64,000 bases of DNA from Gemmatimonadaceae bacterium (GCA_051859245.1 JBHYGA010000004.1:996030-1060029); one strand, 5' to 3'; shown: positions 29,414-40,045, counted from the stretch's first letter. A program made the numbers and translations. The notes: a model not told the origin generated them from the sequence alone.

Positions 29414-31107
29414 GACGCATGTTGCCGAGATATCTCCCACCGAGAACGCCACAAGAAAAGCAGAACAAGCGAAGCTGCGCCCAATGCGCTGGCAACTAAA
29501 CCCCAGAACTCAAGAGCAGTACGCACCAAGCGAAACTCGACGCTAGACGTACCCGGAGGTACGCGAACGCTCACCAGTTTGCTTTCGGGATCGTGAAGTG
29601 TTGCGCGATCACCGTCAACTGTGACCGACCATCCGGTGTAGGGGAACTGTCGAAGAACTACTGTGGCGCCTTCCGAGGGAGCGCTAACGAGCGCGCGCGC
29701 GCGTCCGCGACGAAATTCTGCGTTGTACACCTTGGCGCCGTCAAGTGAGAAGACGATCGATGAATCTGAATACGCCTCGACGGGGCCGGATAACCGGTGT
29801 TCAATAACGTCGTTTCGCGCCAGTTCGTAGTGACCATCTTGCTGCGGCATGGGGAAAATGTAGACAGCAAACGCGAAGTTAATGGCCGTAAGGGCCGCAG
29901 CGCTCACGGTCATGCGCGACAATACGCGTAATCGGAAGTTGTGCATCGGTGCGGGTGCCGCGACAAGCATGGCTAAGCTTAGCGGCACTAAAACAGTCAA
30001 AGTGGAAGTAAGGCGCCACGCGAACTGGATCCGATTAATAAGGGGAAACGAGTCCCAAAGTGGCTGGCTGTAAGGATGACAGAGATACAAGACCAGTACT
30101 ACCAAGACGAGAAGCACTTTCGGTTTGACGTCGCCAGTATGGTTCCTTCTTATTGCCCATGCTACGATGGCTAGCACGGGCAATGCTGTTATCAAGAACG
30201 CAGGCAGTATGAGCTGATTTGAGATCGAAAGCACATTAAGCATGTGGTCACCGAAATCGCGCTTCGTATCGGAGAGCACGCTCAGCCTGAGGAAGAGCGA
30301 GTGGCGAACTGTCTCTGCCCGAAACATGGTTTCGTGCGGGGCGTACTCCTGATGAGTGAGCGCAGTACTTAAGTACCAAGAGGCGATCAGCGCTCCGACG
30401 GATGACGCGATAGCCAGCCAACGCAGCTCGCTTCCATCTCGTAGTGCGAGAGCCAAGAAAATCGAGGTGGGAATGGCGATTAACGCAGTAGGAGGATGCA
30501 GCATCAGCATGGTCGCTACGAACACAGCAAGCCACGGCGCTCCCTTGATCCCGCGCGACCGAGTAAGCATTGCGGACCACAGCAGCAGCGGGTACACACC
30601 ACACGCAATAAACTCAACAAACGCGCCCCTAACGACTAGGTTTGCGTAAAAGAGGTAGGGCAACTGCGTGTACACGACTGCGATTAATGCGGCGTCGGCT
30701 CTTCTCGCCCCCAGCTCTCGGGATACGAGAAACGCGCCCGTCGCTCCAAGCAATGCGGCGGATAGAATCGCCAGACCCATGCTGACGTCGACCGAGATCA
30801 GACCGAATCCGAGCGCCCGAAAAAGTGCGCTCAGGAAAAACGCGACTGGGGGGTAGAAATAGAAAGTCGGCGAGCCAAGACCCCTATTCAGGTCTGGCAT
30901 CCAGCGCGGATATGGTACCCCGCCGAATAGTTGCCCGTGGAACGACTCGGTCCACACTCGATAGATCATGCCGTCGAAAGAAAACGGCGGAAGTCCCTGC
31001 AAAGAAACAAGGTATGGGAGGCTGGCGAAGAATATCGGGCCGAGTAGTTGCTTCCACGAATAGTCGTTTGCATCGTGAAGGGAACGTTCGTGACTGGCGT
31101 TAGTCAT
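29410..31107 (-). CDS. GT-C-type membrane protein (PTPS-related / YfhO-like)
   Basis: YPRWMPDLNRGLGSPTFYFYPP, RGAFVE, QFAWR, C-terminal YTGWSVTVDG. Confidence 0.8.
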   Translation of the reverse strand: MTNASHERSLHDANDYSWKQLLGPIFFASLPYLVSLQGLPPFSFDGMIYRVWTESFHGQLFGGVPYPRWMPDLNRGLGSPTFYFYPPVAFFLSALFRALGFGLISVDVSMGLAILSAALLGATGAFLVSRELGARRADAALIAVVYTQLPYLFYANLVVRGAFVEFIACGVYPLLLWSAMLTRSRGIKGAPWLAVFVATMLMLHPPTALIAIPTSIFLALALRDGSELRWLAIASSVGALIASWYLSTALTHQEYAPHETMFRAETVRHSLFLRLSVLSDTKRDFGDHMLNVLSISNQLILPAFLITALPVLAIVAWAIRRNHTGDVKPKVLLVLVVLVLYLCHPYSQPLWDSFPLINRIQFAWRLTSTLTVLVPLSLAMLVAAPAPMHNFRLRVLSRMTVSAAALTAINFAFAVYIFPMPQQDGHYELARNDVIEHRLSGPVEAYSDSSIVFSLDGAKVYNAEFRRGRARALVSAPSEGATVVLRQFPYTGWSVTVDGDRATLHDPESKLVSVRVPPGTSSVEFRLVRTALEFWGLVASALGAASLVLLFLWRSRWEISRQHAS

Positions 31108-31627
31108 CTCTGTTCGTGCCGGTGTGAACGACGCAGCGAACTGGCTGCCAAAGGAAACCATGCGATTGCTTGAGCGGAATAAATGCTCCATCCATTATTC
31201 GTTTGCAGAACAGCGCAAACGATCATGTAGCATGCTATCCCCGCCTCAGTGGGGAGGATTCTTCTTTCGCAAAACGCCCGGCTATCGGCAGCGGCGGGTG
31301 CAACCCGGCAACAACAGCAGCAAGCGGATTGAAGTACGCGGGAGAGACTTTTTCGGTGTTCAGAATGTGATATGCCTACACGCAAACCTGCAGCGGACAG
31401 TGCCCGGAGAGCAATCGGGTCAACAGTCAAACCGCATCGGCGCCCAATGGTCTCAGCCGACCCAACCGCCGACACCGTACTGTGAGCTAGACAATCGTGA
31501 GACAACGGCGACTATCAAGTTAATTCGGCCACTCGGCAAGGTCCCAAGTGAAGTTGCCGTGGCATCCTTGGGTCGTCTTCTGCATGTTTACGCACCGGCG
31601 TTCGATGTAAACAAGAGACCGAGGTCC

Positions 31628-33259
31628 ATGATTACCGCGTCTGACGGCAAGGCGACTAAGTTCGCAAGTTTCGGAGTGTCGCTGCCACTCATCGCGGTGA
31701 TCGTGACTTTTGTAAGTGCGATTGGGTCTGGCACTGTCCTTAACGACGCTGATACCTACTGGCATCTGGCTGCGGGCCGTTGGATTCTGGAACACAGCGC
31801 GGTCCCGACCTCCGATCCGTTCTCCTTTACCATGTTCGGCGCGCCGTGGACCGCGCACGAATGGGGCAGCGAACTGGTGATGACGCTGCTGTACAGTCTG
31901 GCGGGCTGGCGGGGCCTGCACCTTTTCTTCAGCATGGTGTTCGCTGGGACCGCAGCGTTCGTGACGCGGCAGATGCTTCATCACTTGGAGCCGGTCCACG
32001 TGATCATCCTTATGGCGTTGTGCATTGCCATGATGCATACCCACTTTCTCATACGCCCGCACGTCCTCGCATGGCCGTTTCTTGCCGTTTGGTTCGCCAC
32101 GCTCTCCCGTTGCGTCGAGTCCGAAGCAACCCCACCACTATGGCTGCTGCCGCTTCTCGTAGCATGGACCAACTTGCACGCGTCGTTCACGCTTGGCCTT
32201 GCCTTTCTCGCTGCGTTTGCGCTTGACGCGTTTTTTCGTGCGAGCACTCCAGAAGCGCGCAAGCGAGTGATCTTGGGGTGGGGTACGTTCGGATTTTCGG
32301 CAGGTGTGTTCGCCATGATCAATCCGCGAGGTTGGCATGCATTCATACATGCCATTGACCTTATGGGCATGAAGGTCACGCTGAGTGTGGTGCAAGAGTG
32401 GGAAAGCACGAACTTTCATGAGCCACAGCTTCTGCTTATCTGGTTGCTGCTGGTGCTCCTACTCGCAATCGCTGGAAAGCTGAGGCTACCATTGTGGCGA
32501 GGTGTCATGGTCTTCTTCATGCTCTTCCTGGCGCTCAAGCACGATCGCTACAACTCACTGCTCGCGCTCACGTCACCATTCTTGATCGTTCCCGCCTTGA
32601 GGACTCGCCTTGGCTCGGCGGGCAGCGAAGCGAACGAATCGGCCAACGGTTCGATCTCACGACTAGATTCGCTGTTCGAATCTTTGAGGCATAAGGCACG
32701 TCCAGCAACCATGGCAGTGACGTGCGTAGCCACCGCCGCCACCACGTGGCTGCTCGCCGATCGTTGGCGCGTAGAGCCCGCCGCGAGCGCAACACCTGAA
32801 GCAGCGTTGAGCTACGCACAACGCTCCGGACTCAGCGGACCAGTGTTCAACGCGTACGGGTTCGGCGGATACTTGATATTTCGCGGTGTGCCAGTGTTTG
32901 TAGACGGACGAGCGGATATGTATGGCGACCCGTACATCGCGAAACTCGCGTCTGCGCTTTCACTCTCAAAGAATGGCGAGCTCGAACAACTACTCGACGA
33001 GCACCAAATCAGCTGGACTCTTTTGCAGCCGAACCTCCCCGCTGTGCGTTTGCTCGACCTGCTCCCCGAATGGGAGCGTGTGTACAGCGACTCGGTCGCC
33101 GTCATTCACAAGCGTCGCGCCAGAAGAATCGTCAGGCACGATACCGCCGCGCGATACGAAGCAGTTCACCAGCGGCCCGTACAAAGTCCCCCGCACGCAA
33201 TCGCGAGCCAGCACGATGCTCCCAGCGGTCGAGCGGGTGTTCGCGGACGGCACGCGTAA
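31628..33259 (+). CDS. GT-C-like polytopic membrane protein
   Basis: DADTYWHLAAGRWIL...DPFSFT...HEW, WTNLH, FVDGRADMY motifs; GAGG RBS before ATG 31628. Confidence 0.8.
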   Translation: MITASDGKATKFASFGVSLPLIAVIVTFVSAIGSGTVLNDADTYWHLAAGRWILEHSAVPTSDPFSFTMFGAPWTAHEWGSELVMTLLYSLAGWRGLHLFFSMVFAGTAAFVTRQMLHHLEPVHVIILMALCIAMMHTHFLIRPHVLAWPFLAVWFATLSRCVESEATPPLWLLPLLVAWTNLHASFTLGLAFLAAFALDAFFRASTPEARKRVILGWGTFGFSAGVFAMINPRGWHAFIHAIDLMGMKVTLSVVQEWESTNFHEPQLLLIWLLLVLLLAIAGKLRLPLWRGVMVFFMLFLALKHDRYNSLLALTSPFLIVPALRTRLGSAGSEANESANGSISRLDSLFESLRHKARPATMAVTCVATAATTWLLADRWRVEPAASATPEAALSYAQRSGLSGPVFNAYGFGGYLIFRGVPVFVDGRADMYGDPYIAKLASALSLSKNGELEQLLDEHQISWTLLQPNLPAVRLLDLLPEWERVYSDSVAVIHKRRARRIVRHDTAARYEAVHQRPVQSPPHAIASQHDAPSGRAGVRGRHA

Positions 33260-33926
33260 CCTGATCCCGACCGTGCACCAACGAAGCCCGCGCAATCATC
33301 TCCACATCAAAAATCCATCGAGAAGAAAACGGCTCGGCGATCGCAGCGGACAACAGATCTCCAGTACGAAACAACTTGGCGCCACACTGCGAATCGTAAA
33401 TTGGGAGCGCAACGACGACACTCGCCGCAGTCGCGAACAGACGGCCGAGGTAGTGGCGCCGCGCATGTCGCGTCACAATTCGTCCAAGCGACCGTAGCCG
33501 TATGCCCCAGACCCACTGGACGTGCGCGTGTTCGGCGAACACTCGTCGCATGCTCACAAGCTCCTGTAGCGGAGCCGAGAGGTCCGCGTCCCAGAAACCG
33601 CAGACTCGTGCTTCTGTTGCCGCATTTGCCTGCAGTAGTCCATGTCTCACAGCCTCCGCCTTCCCCATATTGTGAGAAAGCGAAAGCACCGAAACTCTAC
33701 CGCTGTGCTCAGACCGAAGCTCTTCAAGCACCGCTTCAGTGTTGTCGGCGGATCCATCGTTCACGAAAATGAAGTCAAGCCACGGCATGGTTGAGATCGC
33801 ATTCGTGAAGGCGGCGACATCAAGTCGCTTGGCTTCATTGAAGCACGGCACGACAAGTGTCACACGCGTTGCGCGCATGGCCTCACGGGCGCTTTCGATG
33901 TCCATGCGGCTGTCAGAGTGCGTCAT
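33132..33926 (-). CDS. GT2 glycosyltransferase (polyprenyl-phosphate glycosyltransferase-like)
   Basis: VVPCFNE, VNDGSAD, NMGKAEAV, DADL, DSQCGAKLF, WIFDVE. Confidence 0.9.
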   Translation of the reverse strand: MTHSDSRMDIESAREAMRATRVTLVVPCFNEAKRLDVAAFTNAISTMPWLDFIFVNDGSADNTEAVLEELRSEHSGRVSVLSLSHNMGKAEAVRHGLLQANAATEARVCGFWDADLSAPLQELVSMRRVFAEHAHVQWVWGIRLRSLGRIVTRHARRHYLGRLFATAASVVVALPIYDSQCGAKLFRTGDLLSAAIAEPFSSRWIFDVEMIARASLVHGRDQVTRAVREHPLDRWEHRAGSRLRAGDFVRAAGELLRIARRYRA

Positions 33927-33967
33927 CAACTCAGTCGACGTTGCGCGGGTCAGATGGGGAACTGCTG

Positions 33968-34723
33968 ATGCAGCTTGAAGCCTATCAACTGATGGCCGCG
34001 GCGGAAGAAACGCATTGGTGGTTCCGAGGCCGTCGTACCATGATCTGTCGCGTTCTCGAGACCATAAAGCTCCCGTCGCGAGCGCACGTGCTCGACGCAG
34101 GCTGCGGCACCGGCGGGAATCTGCCGATGCTGTCGCAGTTCGGCAAAGTGTACGGATTTGAATACGACGCAACCGCGCGCCAGTTGGCAGACGCTCGGGG
34201 GCTGGCGATCGTTTCAAGCGGGGCCCTCCCCGACGAAGTGCCCTTTGCGCCGCAGGCGTTCGATCTCATTGGGTTGTTCGACGTGCTCGAGCACCTGGAG
34301 CATCCTGTGGAATCACTTCGCGCTCTCGGCGAGCGACTGGCGCCGGGCGGAGCACTTGTACTCACGGTTCCAGCATATCAGTGGCTTTGGGGCCCGCACG
34401 ACGAACTGCATGAGCATAAGCGCCGTTATTCGTTGCCCTTGCTGCGCGCGCATGTGCAGGCCGCCGGTCTGGCGGTGTCCTACGCCAGCCATATGAACTC
34501 CTTGCTGCTACCCGCAGCGGTGGTACAGCGCGTCGCGCACCGATTCACCAAACACGCTGCGTCCGACCTCACCCCGGACGCGGTCGTAAACGAAATGTTC
34601 TACCGCATTTGGAGTCTGGAGCGCGCGTGGATTCCGAAACTGCGCGTTCCATTCGGACTGTCGATCATCGCCGTGCTCAGGCGCGAAGCTCCAAGCGGTA
34701 CGCCCGGTCGTCCCGTCGGGTAG
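33968..34723 (+). CDS. Class I SAM-dependent methyltransferase
   Basis: HWWFRGRR, LDAGCGTG, DVLEH, HKRRY. Confidence 0.9.
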   Translation: MQLEAYQLMAAAEETHWWFRGRRTMICRVLETIKLPSRAHVLDAGCGTGGNLPMLSQFGKVYGFEYDATARQLADARGLAIVSSGALPDEVPFAPQAFDLIGLFDVLEHLEHPVESLRALGERLAPGGALVLTVPAYQWLWGPHDELHEHKRRYSLPLLRAHVQAAGLAVSYASHMNSLLLPAAVVQRVAHRFTKHAASDLTPDAVVNEMFYRIWSLERAWIPKLRVPFGLSIIAVLRREAPSGTPGRPVG

Positions 34724-34785
34724 CGGCGCCTTCACCCAACCGCGCTTGTGAGTTACTCTGGGGGATCTTCCTCCCGGAGTGGTTC

Positions 34786-36231
34786 ATGCTCGTCGCCATT
34801 CGCGCGATTGTCACGCTCGCCGTCCTAACTGCCGCCCCCGTCGCCGCTCAGGGCGTCCCCAAGCTGGAACCCCGCCCCGCCGCCGACGCCACCACCGCCC
34901 CCGCCTGGCGCACCATGGCCACGCGCGACTCCCTGCGCCCCTTCGGTACCCTGCGCGAGCAAGCCGTCATCCGCCAGGCCTGGCTCGAAAAGCGCATGGA
35001 CACCATTCTGCCGGCGCTCATGCGCAAGTACAACGTGGACATGTGGGTGATGCCCATGCGCGAGTACAACGAAGACCCCATCTTCCACTCGCTCGTCTCA
35101 CCCACCACGTTCGCCGCGCGCCGCCGTACCATCTACGTGTTCTTCGATCGCGGCGCCGAGGGCATTGAGAAGCTCGCGTTCGGCGGTACGGATCAGGGTG
35201 GCGTGTACAAAGCCATTCGCAGCACCAAGCCTGTCGACGCGCCAGCGGCCGGCAGTCGCTCCAACGATCGCACCGCCGAACTCTGGGGTGACGATCAGTG
35301 GCAGGTGCTCAAAACGGCCATCGAAGAACGGCAGCCCAAGCGCATCGCCGTGAACACGTCGCGCACCTGGCACTTTGCCGACGGCATCACGCAAGGTGAA
35401 TACGCCGGCATGACACAATCACTCGGCCCCACACTCGCCGCGCGCGTGGTGCCCGCCGAAGGGCTCGCGGTTGACTTCATTGCGTCACGTCTCGCCGAAG
35501 AAGAAGCAGTGTTCGAGCGCATGAACGAAGTGGCGTGGGGCATCATCAAGGAAGCGTTCAGCGAGCGTGTGATCACGCCCGGCAAAACACGCGTCGAAGA
35601 CGTCGTGTGGTGGATGCGCCAGCGTTTGAACGATCTTGGCCTCGAAACGTGGTTCCAGACGAGCGTGTCGGTGCAACGCCCGTTCGGCGACGGTTTGGTG
35701 CTCGCCAATCCGATCATTCAACGCGGCGACTTGTTGCACTGTGATTTTGGCATCAAGGCGTTCGGGCTGAACACAGACACGCAGCACGTTGGTTACGTGC
35801 TGCGCGAAGGCGAAACGGATGTGCCAGCAGAGCTCAAAACGGTGCTACGCAACTCCAATCGCCTGCAGGATATTGTCATTGAAGAACTCAAGCCCGGTCG
35901 CACCGGCAATCAAGTGCTCGCCGCCTCGCTCGCACGTATGCGCGCAGAAAACATTGATGGCACCATTTACTCGCATCCGATCGGCGCCCACGGACACGGC
36001 GCAGGCACCATGATTGGACTGTGGGACTATCAGGAAGGCGTACCGGCGCGCGGTGATTTTCCAGTGATCGCCGGCATGTGGTATTCCATTGAGCTCCAAG
36101 CCACTACGCCCGTCGCGTCGTGGAACAACCAGCGCGTACGTTCGGCACAGGAAGAAGATGTGATCATCGGTGCTGACGGTCGTGTGCGTTGGGCGCACGG
36201 CCGGCAGACGGAGTATCACCTGGTGCGCTGA
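34786..36231 (+). CDS. M24 family (Xaa-Pro aminopeptidase-like) metallopeptidase, exported
   Basis: GDLLHCDFG, TDTQH, HPIGAHGH, SIE, EED metal ligands; signal peptide. Confidence 0.88.
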   Translation: MLVAIRAIVTLAVLTAAPVAAQGVPKLEPRPAADATTAPAWRTMATRDSLRPFGTLREQAVIRQAWLEKRMDTILPALMRKYNVDMWVMPMREYNEDPIFHSLVSPTTFAARRRTIYVFFDRGAEGIEKLAFGGTDQGGVYKAIRSTKPVDAPAAGSRSNDRTAELWGDDQWQVLKTAIEERQPKRIAVNTSRTWHFADGITQGEYAGMTQSLGPTLAARVVPAEGLAVDFIASRLAEEEAVFERMNEVAWGIIKEAFSERVITPGKTRVEDVVWWMRQRLNDLGLETWFQTSVSVQRPFGDGLVLANPIIQRGDLLHCDFGIKAFGLNTDTQHVGYVLREGETDVPAELKTVLRNSNRLQDIVIEELKPGRTGNQVLAASLARMRAENIDGTIYSHPIGAHGHGAGTMIGLWDYQEGVPARGDFPVIAGMWYSIELQATTPVASWNNQRVRSAQEEDVIIGADGRVRWAHGRQTEYHLVR

Positions 36232-36233
36232 GC

Positions 36234-38051
36234 ATGCCGCATGATACGGGACTCATTGTCACCATTGCGGCAGGCCTTGCCCTCGCCTTTGTATTTGGTT
36301 GGCTCGCTACACGACTGAAGATCCCCGCGCTTGTCGGGTATCTGCTCGCGGGCATCGTCCTCAGCCCGAACACGCCGGGCTATTCAGCGGATCTCGGACT
36401 CGCCGGGCAGCTCGCTGAAATCGGTGTGATTCTGCTGATGTTTGGTGTTGGACTGCATTTTTCGTTGAACGACCTGATGAATGTTCGACGAGTTGCGTTA
36501 CCCGGCGCGATCGTCGGCATGATTGTGCTCACGCTTGCGGGTACTGCACTCGCCTCGGTGTGGGGGTGGTCCACCGGGTCTGCGATCACGTTTGGTTTGT
36601 GTATCTGTATTTCCAGCACCGTTGTGGTCATTCGTGCGTTCGAACAACGCAACGCGCTCGACACCGGCGCCGGCAAGCTCGCGGTTGGCTGGATGATTGT
36701 CGAAGACCTTGTGATGGTGATCGCACTGGTCATGTTGCCGGCGCTGGCACCCATCATGGGCGGCACGGCAAGCGATCCCACGATCGCAGCGCAGCCGTTG
36801 TGGATAGCGCTCGGTCTCACGCTCGCGAAAGTGCTCGCATTCAGCGCGCTCATGTACTTTGTGGGACGCCGCACGATTCCGTGGCTGCTGTGGCAAGTTG
36901 CACGCATCGGCTCGCGTGAACTGTTCACGCTTTCCGTTTTATCGGTGGCACTCGGCATTGCCGTAGGCGCTGCTGCGCTTTTTGGTGTGTCGTTTGCACT
37001 CGGCGCGTTCTTTGCCGGCGTGATTATCAGTGAATCTGAGTTGAGTCATCAGGCAGCGGCGGACGCACTCCCGCTGCGAGATGCATTCGCTGTGTTGTTC
37101 TTTGTATCGGTTGGCATGCTGTTCGATCCCGGCATTCTGGTACGTGCGCCGTTCAAGGTGCTTGCCATTGTGGCCATTGTCATGGTGGTCAAGCCGCTCG
37201 TATCTGCAGCCATGTTGCTCGTCGCCAAGCGCTCCGCGCACAACGCGGTGAACGTGGGCGCCAGTCTCGGCGAAATCGGCGAGTTCAGTTTTATTCTGGC
37301 CGGGCTCGCGGTATCGCTTGGGCTACTCACAGAAGACGCACGCAGCCTGATACTTGCCGCAGCGATACTTTCGATTTCGTTCAATCCCATTCTGTTCACG
37401 ATTGCTCCGCACGCGCAGCGGTGGCTGCAACGCACCAGTCCGCAAATCGGCGTTGTTGCACAGACCACAGAAATGCCGGTGGCCGAGTTGGGGCTGATGT
37501 TGCGTGATCACGCGATCATTGTGGGCTATGGGCGCGTGGGCAGCTTGATTGGTCGTGCGCTTGCACAGTGTGGTGTGCCGTTCGCGATCGTTGAGCAGGA
37601 TCGTCAACTCGTCGAGCGACTGCGCCAGGGAGGTATCAATGCGGTGTACGGTGACGCCGCGCGTGTCGGCGTGCTTGCGCTGGCGAACCCCGCGCACGCT
37701 CGACTGATCGTGGTAGCGACGCCAGATCCGTTCCAGGCTCGCCGTGTTGTGGAAATTGCGCGCGAGGCAAAGCCAGACGTCGACATTGTGGTGCGCACTC
37801 ACTCAACGCAGGAACAAGCGTACTTTGAGCAGCTGGGGGTGGGCCGAGTGGTGATGGGCGAGCATGAACTCGCGCTCGGTATGGCGCACTACGCGGTCAT
37901 GTCGCTTGGTCATGGCGATGATCGAGCTGATGACATTGTGCAGCAGCTGCGAGGAACCGGGAGATCGGACCGACTGGCGATTGATATCTCAGGCGCTACG
38001 GCCGAGTGGCGAAGTCAGCCGCCTTCGGTTGGCTCGTCGTCCAAGTCCTGA
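36234..38051 (+). CDS. ybaL: CPA2 cation:proton antiporter with TrkA-N domain
   Basis: MPHDTGLI N-terminus, LAEIGVILLMFGVGLHFS, PLRDAFAVLFFVSVG, GYGRVG. Confidence 0.9.
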   Translation: MPHDTGLIVTIAAGLALAFVFGWLATRLKIPALVGYLLAGIVLSPNTPGYSADLGLAGQLAEIGVILLMFGVGLHFSLNDLMNVRRVALPGAIVGMIVLTLAGTALASVWGWSTGSAITFGLCICISSTVVVIRAFEQRNALDTGAGKLAVGWMIVEDLVMVIALVMLPALAPIMGGTASDPTIAAQPLWIALGLTLAKVLAFSALMYFVGRRTIPWLLWQVARIGSRELFTLSVLSVALGIAVGAAALFGVSFALGAFFAGVIISESELSHQAAADALPLRDAFAVLFFVSVGMLFDPGILVRAPFKVLAIVAIVMVVKPLVSAAMLLVAKRSAHNAVNVGASLGEIGEFSFILAGLAVSLGLLTEDARSLILAAAILSISFNPILFTIAPHAQRWLQRTSPQIGVVAQTTEMPVAELGLMLRDHAIIVGYGRVGSLIGRALAQCGVPFAIVEQDRQLVERLRQGGINAVYGDAARVGVLALANPAHARLIVVATPDPFQARRVVEIAREAKPDVDIVVRTHSTQEQAYFEQLGVGRVVMGEHELALGMAHYAVMSLGHGDDRADDIVQQLRGTGRSDRLAIDISGATAEWRSQPPSVGSSSKS

Positions 38052-38827
38052 ACGCTTTGCGCCCGACGCTTGAAAGGATGCACGAACTGCGACACGAATC
38101 CGTCGGGCACCTGCTCACTCACTCCGTATTGCTCAGGCAAGCGATTGTTTGGCATATACAAGGTGCCAAACAGGACGTCCCAGAACGGCAGCTGTCCCGC
38201 GAAGTTCTTGTTCACCGACTTATCATGGTTGCCGTGATGCCAGTGATGAAACTCGGGAGACGCGAGAATCCACCGGAGCGGTCCGAACTTGATTCTGGTA
38301 TTCGAGTGAATCAACAGCGATTGCCAGTGGTACATCGCCGCCCAGATCCCGATGGCTGCAGTGTCGAAGCCGAGCGCGAAACAGGGAATGAGTGACGCGC
38401 CTTTCGTCAGGATTTGGTCAAGCGGATGCACCCGATGGGCAGCGAGCCAGTCCATCTCGTTGATGCTGTGATGAATCACGTGGAACTTCCACAGTAACGG
38501 AAACGTGTGGAAGGCTCGATGCACGGCATAGAAGCCGAAGTCTGCGATAATCAGCAGCAGCACGATTTGTAGCCACAAAGGCAGTGCGCCAACGGTCGAC
38601 TTGATCGAAGCGGGCAGCAGCTTCTCGCTCAACGCGACGGTGCCCACGACAATCACGAGCAAACCCGCGCGAGTCAGCACTCCATTGAGAAGCACGTAGG
38701 TGGCATCGGTCAGCCAGCCGGTTCTGAAGAGTCGCTGTTCGCGGTGCAGCGGCAGAATCTGTTCCAGCGGAACAAACACCAGAATCACCAGCAGTAGTCC
38801 GCGGTAGTCGAAGAGCTCGCGCAGCAT
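38015..38827 (-). CDS. Sterol desaturase / fatty acid hydroxylase family protein
   Basis: His boxes HRAFH, HVIHH, HSN, FHHWHH. Confidence 0.92.
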   Translation of the reverse strand: MLRELFDYRGLLLVILVFVPLEQILPLHREQRLFRTGWLTDATYVLLNGVLTRAGLLVIVVGTVALSEKLLPASIKSTVGALPLWLQIVLLLIIADFGFYAVHRAFHTFPLLWKFHVIHHSINEMDWLAAHRVHPLDQILTKGASLIPCFALGFDTAAIGIWAAMYHWQSLLIHSNTRIKFGPLRWILASPEFHHWHHGNHDKSVNKNFAGQLPFWDVLFGTLYMPNNRLPEQYGVSEQVPDGFVSQFVHPFKRRAQSVQDLDDEPTEGG

Positions 38828-38848
38828 TAGGTTTGGATGGGCCGACTG

Positions 38849-39526
38849 CTAGTAGATGCCGGGAAGCAAGCGGTACTTCGTGCTCATTTTCAGTGTCCTG
38901 TACTGAACGTCCTTCTCAAGCATCCGTTCTTCAGCTCGGATACGGGCGATTTGAACCGTCCAAGCCAGAAAGTAAATGCCCAGATTCCAGGCGGCTGGGC
39001 GTGCCAACAGAAAGCCGAGTTGTGTCAGCATATAGCCGGCATACATGGGGTGCCTCACGTATCGATAGGCGCCGCTGACCTTCACGCCCCTGTTCGCCGC
39101 AACAACTCCGAAGCTTCGTCGCAACGTCAACTTGGCCGAGAACTGCACGATAAAGCCGGCCACCATAAGCGTGGCCACCAGCTGCGCGGGCAAAAAGCTT
39201 GCCTCCGGCACCGGCTGGATGAGAAGCGGAAGCCCGGTGCCTGTTACGCCGATGAACCAATCGTACAGGCGCCTCGAAATATCGCTTGTCTTTCTTCGGA
39301 GCAGCACGAAGATCACCACCAACGACTCACTCGCCACGATCGCAAGATTGAGCCAGTTGGAACTGTTGAGCCCCGGGCCAAGAAGCCTGTTGAGGAATAC
39401 CGCGTACAAGCCGAGAATCGCCAGCTTCTCGACGAGATCCCAGTCTAACCGGTGCCAGCCGCGTTCCTGTGTACCAGGCGTCCTGTAGTCCTTCACTCGC
39501 TCCTCGATTCGTTTATCGCGCTGCAC
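38849..39526 (-). CDS. Isoprenylcysteine carboxyl methyltransferase (ICMT/PEMT) family membrane protein
   Basis: GAYRYVRHPMYAGY, RIRAEE, YRLLPGIY. Confidence 0.9.
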   Translation of the reverse strand: MQRDKRIEERVKDYRTPGTQERGWHRLDWDLVEKLAILGLYAVFLNRLLGPGLNSSNWLNLAIVASESLVVIFVLLRRKTSDISRRLYDWFIGVTGTGLPLLIQPVPEASFLPAQLVATLMVAGFIVQFSAKLTLRRSFGVVAANRGVKVSGAYRYVRHPMYAGYMLTQLGFLLARPAAWNLGIYFLAWTVQIARIRAEERMLEKDVQYRTLKMSTKYRLLPGIY

Positions 39527-39649
39527 AGAGGATGGCTTGTCGTGAGAAAAGGCAACACGCCGAATCCCGTCCGCATTCGGTTGTCAGGGTTACCTGACTA
39601 GATTGAAAACTGTGGTTGGCGCTTGTCTCATTGTCCAGAGTCGCACCTG

Positions 39650-40045
39650 ATGAAACGGAAACGCTTGCTGGTGGTTGGAGACCGCGTGCTGGTCAAGCCT
39701 GAAGAGGGCGAACAACGTAGTAAGGTTGGCTTGTACTTGCCCGCCACGGCCGTTGACGCCCAGGCGGTGCAGGGCGGCCGTATTGTGAACACGGGCCCCG
39801 GATTGGCGCTGCCCGATCTTGGCGATCATTCCGATGAACCGTGGCGCACGGCGGGTGGCTCAGGGCGCGAGGCGCGCTACGTGCCCATGCAGGCGCGCAC
39901 CGGTGACTACGCGATCTTTTTCAAGAAAGCGGCGGTAGAAATAACGTTCGACAACGAGCAGTACCTCGTGGTGCCGCAGGCCGCGATTCTGGCCCTGGTG
40001 CGCGAGGGAGACTCGCCGGACGTGATTGAACAGCTCGGCTTGTAG
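39650..40045 (+). CDS. GroES-like co-chaperonin (orphan, extended variant)
   Basis: GDRVLVKP, GLYLP mobile loop, GRIVNTGPG; no groEL adjacent. Confidence 0.82.
   Translation: MKRKRLLVVGDRVLVKPEEGEQRSKVGLYLPATAVDAQAVQGGRIVNTGPGLALPDLGDHSDEPWRTAGGSGREARYVPMQARTGDYAIFFKKAAVEITFDNEQYLVVPQAAILALVREGDSPDVIEQLGL

Noticed and set aside
31124..31627. N-terminal extensions of the two divergent GT-C ORFs; possible riboswitch in the gap
   Set aside because: The extensions overlap head-to-head and lack family features; no c-di-GMP or other riboswitch consensus recognised by eye
28175..34723. Integrative element or prophage explanation for the island
   Set aside because: No integrase, tRNA, att-like direct repeats or phage genes seen
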